Shown here in pieces: positions 59,501 to 64,000 of a stretch of DNA of 64,000 nucleotides. The stretch's first letter is position 1, and every line of letters begins with the position of its first letter. The stretch comes from Felis catus (taxonomy: Eukaryota): the NCBI RefSeq assembly GCF_018350175.1, contig NC_058368.1:88848001-88912000 (forward strand). Reading direction: 5' to 3'. The notes beneath the pieces were generated by a model. It was not told the origin of the DNA and searched no databases. It saw only the letters and a program-made list of their open reading frames with translations. Made by a program: the position numbers and the translations under genes.

Positions 59501-62500
59501 GGACCAGAAAACAGAAATCTATTTTCTCTTGGCATCTTTATGACACTTGGCTCCAGGGCCCTCCCACTGACCTGTGTGCAGGTGCAGGCACAGTGCCTGG
59601 TTAGTACCCTGTGCCCCCTGCTGAAAACAGCAGGATGACCCTCTCCACCGAAGAAAATAAATGTTGTCAAAACAACAAAAAACTCACTCCCAGGGTTCCT
59701 AGCCAGAGAAGAATCTCATACGGTCAGCGGGAAATGACCAGAAAGTGATTCAACACAGATACAGGCCTTTGAGGCTTTGCTGGGGGTGTTCGCCCCTTCA
59801 CTTGCCCAGAAGCTAGTGCTGGTTGGGGTTGGTTCACCTCTTATCCCAGGTAGTGTTAGTGCCGAGTCCTGCCCTCTTCTCTGCCCTGGAGAAAACACAC
59901 TCACTTGTTACACTGGTCAGTACACAAGAACAGTCTCACCTTCAAGAAGCCGGTGAAGGATTTCAGAAAACATAGTGGATGGCCATCGGGCATCACCTGA
60001 GTGGTGCGGACCCGTGCTTGGGCTCGCCCATGACTGCACCCTGCTGATCACCTGCAGACCACAGTGGGTGTCTGTGACATCCTACCTTCACAGGGCAGTC
60101 AGATCTTTAGGTCTGAACCACCCGCTGTTAGGCCCAGCCACTGAGCTTGTACCCACGTGACACAAATACAGAAACTGTGTGTCGGAAGTCACTGGATTGC
60201 CCCAGGGTTTGTAACATCCGGTGCTGCGTCCTCCATCATGCGTCTTACGATCCAGGTACAGACAGGACAAAGAAGCCCAAAAGCCATTTCTCAGGCAGTG
60301 TGGTTGGTGGGGACCCAGAAGACTGTGAACCCAGCCCCTCGGTCAGCAACAGTTTCGCATCACAGAGGCTCTGCTGGCAGCAGGTGGGCTTGCTCAGTTC
60401 ACGGAGGGCTAATGGTGCTGGGGGTGTGGGCACAGTCGTCCCTCTGCAATGGCCAGGAACAAGTGTGTGCCCCACAGAGTTTGCTGGTCAGATGGGGTGA
60501 CTGTATGGGGACCGTGACATGTTAACCCAGCCATAGTAATGTGGGTCGCTTAGTCTCTTGCGGGTTTTCCACAGTGACTGGGCTCCTGCATGTTTGGTGA
60601 GCCGCCTGGGTGGAGCACACATGCCCGAGCCCGGTGGGCAGCCTGGAAGAGGTGCTCTGCCATGTAGTTCTGCCCGTGTGGAGTGTGCTTTCCTGCAGGA
60701 AGACACAGGTGTCTGAACCCCAACCAGGGAGAGCCCTTCCTGGGGTGAGGAGAACCCTCCTCCTGCTTTGTGTGGCCACCAATGGGGACCAAGTGAATGA
60801 AGAATGACTTCAAGGAACAGTCACAAAGACACTTGCGGACACAAAGTCATACTTCACCACAAAATACAGAAATGCACATTAAGCCTCATTCTCTTGAGTT
60901 GTTTGTGCCTTTGCGGTGAGTGGAGATGGGAGAGATTGGTGAGGACAGTGGTCTTAGAAGACACGGGCTGTAGCATGAATCGTGAGCCCTCCTTGAAAGT
61001 GTTCCTCAGTATCTGTCAGGAGCCCTAAAATGCCCTTACTCTTTACCTGCCAATTTCATTTGAGATGTTTATCTCGAGGAGCTGATTCTCAACGTAGATC
61101 ACATCCTTCCTGAATGAAGGACGCTTATGGGGCATTCCTTGTTGTAGGAAGGGCCTGCGCGAGTAGGGCTGTGGCCCACAGTTGGTTCCACAGCCTCCTG
61201 CACACCTTCCTAAAGCATGGCTCCAAGTAGTGTCCACAAATTGGAAAATTCTCATCACAAATGTCAGATCTCAATAGCATACAAATTTATCTTTACAGGA
61301 CAACTGTAGTCCCGTAAAAGCTGAGCAGAAAGTATGCGCAGAAAAGATTGGAACGCAGCCCTGAGCCCTGATGTTCCTGAGGCCTGGGTGCTCGTGGTGC
61401 GGCCACCATGTGGTGGTGTCCCGGCCAAGTTTGTTGGCTCTGAATGGAACAGCCACGGACCCTCAGTTCCCAGTGTGCTTTCGGTTTACCTTGAGGGAAA
61501 TAGAAACCTCCTGGGACACAATGTGCTCTGTGGGCTCCAGCAGGAGGGGCCGTTGAGACCCCACTGTGATGCCAGATCTTCGGGACTGGAGTGTGGGCAG
61601 CAGTGGTTGCTGGTAGAGGGGGGAGTGGCCCCCCCTACCCCCCCCCCCACTGTCAGCTGTCGATTTCCTGGCAGGTGCCGAGGCGTTGCCTTGTGCTGTG
61701 GGTTGGAGCCCTGGCTCAGTGGCACCTGTGTAGGAAGGCCTGGCAGCCTGGGACACCCACTCTGTCTGCAGGCTTCTCAGGGCAGGGAGGGGGCCCGCAG
61801 AGCTGTGTGTACATCAGCCGGCTGTCGCTTAGCAAGGGGTTTCTTTGTTGGCCTTTTCCATAGTCGTGCCTTCTCAGTGTGCAGCAGCTGCACTGGCCCT
61901 CCTGACTCTGGTGACATGTAGCATTCATGGCGGCCATCAGCCAGGGAAGGGAAGGGCCCCATATTTTAAATGAAGTTGGCATGTTCTTTTCAGGGGGACA
62001 TGTTTCTTTTTTACCGACATTTGGAGCCACACAGTGGATACAGTTCTTTACAGCAGGAGTAGGTTTCAGAAAAAGCAAGGAAGTGTCCCATTTTGCTCTG
62101 ATCTTGTGGTCCAGTGCACAGACCACGTGTCCAGATTTTGTCAGTGCCACAGGCCCTTTCCATGGTAGTGTTCCACCAGTTGGGATAGTTACAGTGTAAG
62201 CAGTATTTTACTCCCCATTTATGGTTCATCTGCTGGCTGTAATACAGAGGGAAGAATGTGCTGAAATGTATTAATTCCTGATTGATGGGCTGCCAGGGCA
62301 TTGCCAGGGCTGCTGAAATCGTGGCTTGCCAGCCTGGCTCCTGGCAAGGCCGTGCCTGGGGAGTGACCACAGACAGCCTGTACACAGGCGTATGCGAATT
62401 GCTGCAGAGGCCATGGCCATAAACCTCATTTTAGTCTTTGTGCGTGAAACCCAGAAGCTGGGCACTGGGGAGGGCCACACCCCAGTCTAGCTGTGAGCTG

Positions 62501-64000
62501 GGTCAGAGGACTCCCAACTGGGGTGTAAGTAGCATGAAGACATGAGTGGGCTTTGGGAGTTGATGTGTCTGAATGACTGATCGAGGACCAAGAATGGAGA
62601 GTGAAAGCAGCTTAGTCTTTTGTAAATGGCCCCAGCCGGCATTGCCTTGTTGGAGCTGTCAGTGAGAGCTGGAGTGTCCATCAGAGCAGCAAACTCTTCC
62701 AGTTAGCCGGTACTTTCAGATCCTACATCATCTCCACAACAAAGGTATTTGGAACATGGCTTTCTGCAAGTGAATTTCTTGGCTTTTCGCTGTGTTATTA
62801 CTGGTAAAGTGTGATGGCATCTTGTGCAAGTAACCTCCCATTTCACCATCCAACTCGGGGGGCACATGGGTGGCCTGCTGGTTCTCATTTAGCACCAGGA
62901 CTCGCGCCTTCAAGCCCAGCCCCCCGCCAGACTGTGAGCCATGCATGTGAGGGCCGGGCCATATTCCGCCGCATCCCACTGCTCCCCTCACATGCCTGGC
63001 ACACCATCTGGGCTCAGTGGAGCTCGTGGCTTCTCAAGGGCTCTGACATCTTCTGTCAGGTGGTTTTTCAGAACCCATTTATCGTTTCCTTCACAGACGA
63101 TCTGTTGCCCATTACTGGTATCGCAGTGGGTATTTTAAACGTTGACAGTTGACCAGTTTATAAAACAGGTGAATGCTGTACCTCATTATATGTTTTTGAA
63201 TGTGTTTATGGCTAGTGCTGTTGACCATTCTTTATGTTTTGAACTGATTTACTTTCATAAGTAACTTTCTTGGGTAGTTTTCAGCAGGCTTATATATATT
63301 TTCTCATTGCACAGTAATTTTTGGTAGAGTTTTCACAAATGCAGATGTTTCCCCAATTTGTTTTACTTTCTAATTCTTTTCCTACTTGACACCATTTAAA
63401 ATTTGTATATGGTGATGTAGACCAGTTTTCCTTATGTCCCGGACTTTTCCTTGGGAGGATTTTTCTCACCTGTGCACACGAGCAGTCAGGAGTCTCTGGG
63501 GCTGACACTGCAATCTGGCTGTCATCATCACCCTGGGTGAGATGTCTGCTCATGTTTGGGTGACATTTCAGCATGGGGAGCACCCCACATGCACCCCTTG
63601 ACCCCCCTGGAGGTCGTGCACCCACACTTTCAGGAATGTGCAGTCTTGTGATGGTTAATCTTTCTTTCCATTTGGCTATATTATTAATAGTTTGAGTGAG
63701 ACAGCATTTTGCTGATTGATTTAAAGACCCATTTATCCTTCGAGGAATTATTTTTGACTTAATTAGGTTAAAGGGAGTAAATCAGTTTAATGGATTGATT
63801 TATAATCAGTTTGTGCTTTCAGATTATCATGACTCAGGCAAGCTTACTGTCTGTAAAAATGTCTGCCATCTGCCTTCTGAAGGATGGGAGTCTTTATGGT
63901 CCCCTGATGGCAACACAGCCCACGAAAGAAGGTAGCCTGCCCCTTTCTACTTGTGTTTCTTTGTGTCCCTAAATGCTGTGACTGTATGTGACTGAGCGCT

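Noticed and set aside
44000..63600. Numerous 60-195 aa ORFs in the GC-rich half
   Set aside because: They overlap in all frames, have low-complexity composition and no recognisable homology, as expected by chance in GC-rich DNA.

Overview
Mammalian genomic DNA, almost certainly felid, judged from carnivore tRNA-derived CAN-SINEs of SINEC_Fc type and L1_Fc-like LINEs. I found no intact protein-coding gene. Bases 1-8.9 kb hold an intronless minus-strand NPAP1-like (POM121-family) retrogene, starting MGNLLCKF at 8591. It is disabled by a stop, several frameshifts and a short L1 insertion carrying a 3' transduction. Its last ~70 codons have been amplified into an array of at least 26 ~210-bp units with higher-order structure, running off the left edge (1-~5610). 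The 9-32.6 kb region is AT-rich and repeat-dense: SINEs, MER58, MLT1, L2/L3 relics, and a full-length older L1 on the minus strand with TSDs. A full-length but dead younger L1 on the plus strand occupies 32.65-38.56 kb. It lacks a visible TSD and sits at an abrupt switch to GC/CpG-richer sequence. The remaining 38.6-64 kb looks intronic or intergenic, with scattered repeats and a few AT-rich homeobox-motif clusters. Family and homology calls come from recalled sequences, not database searches.
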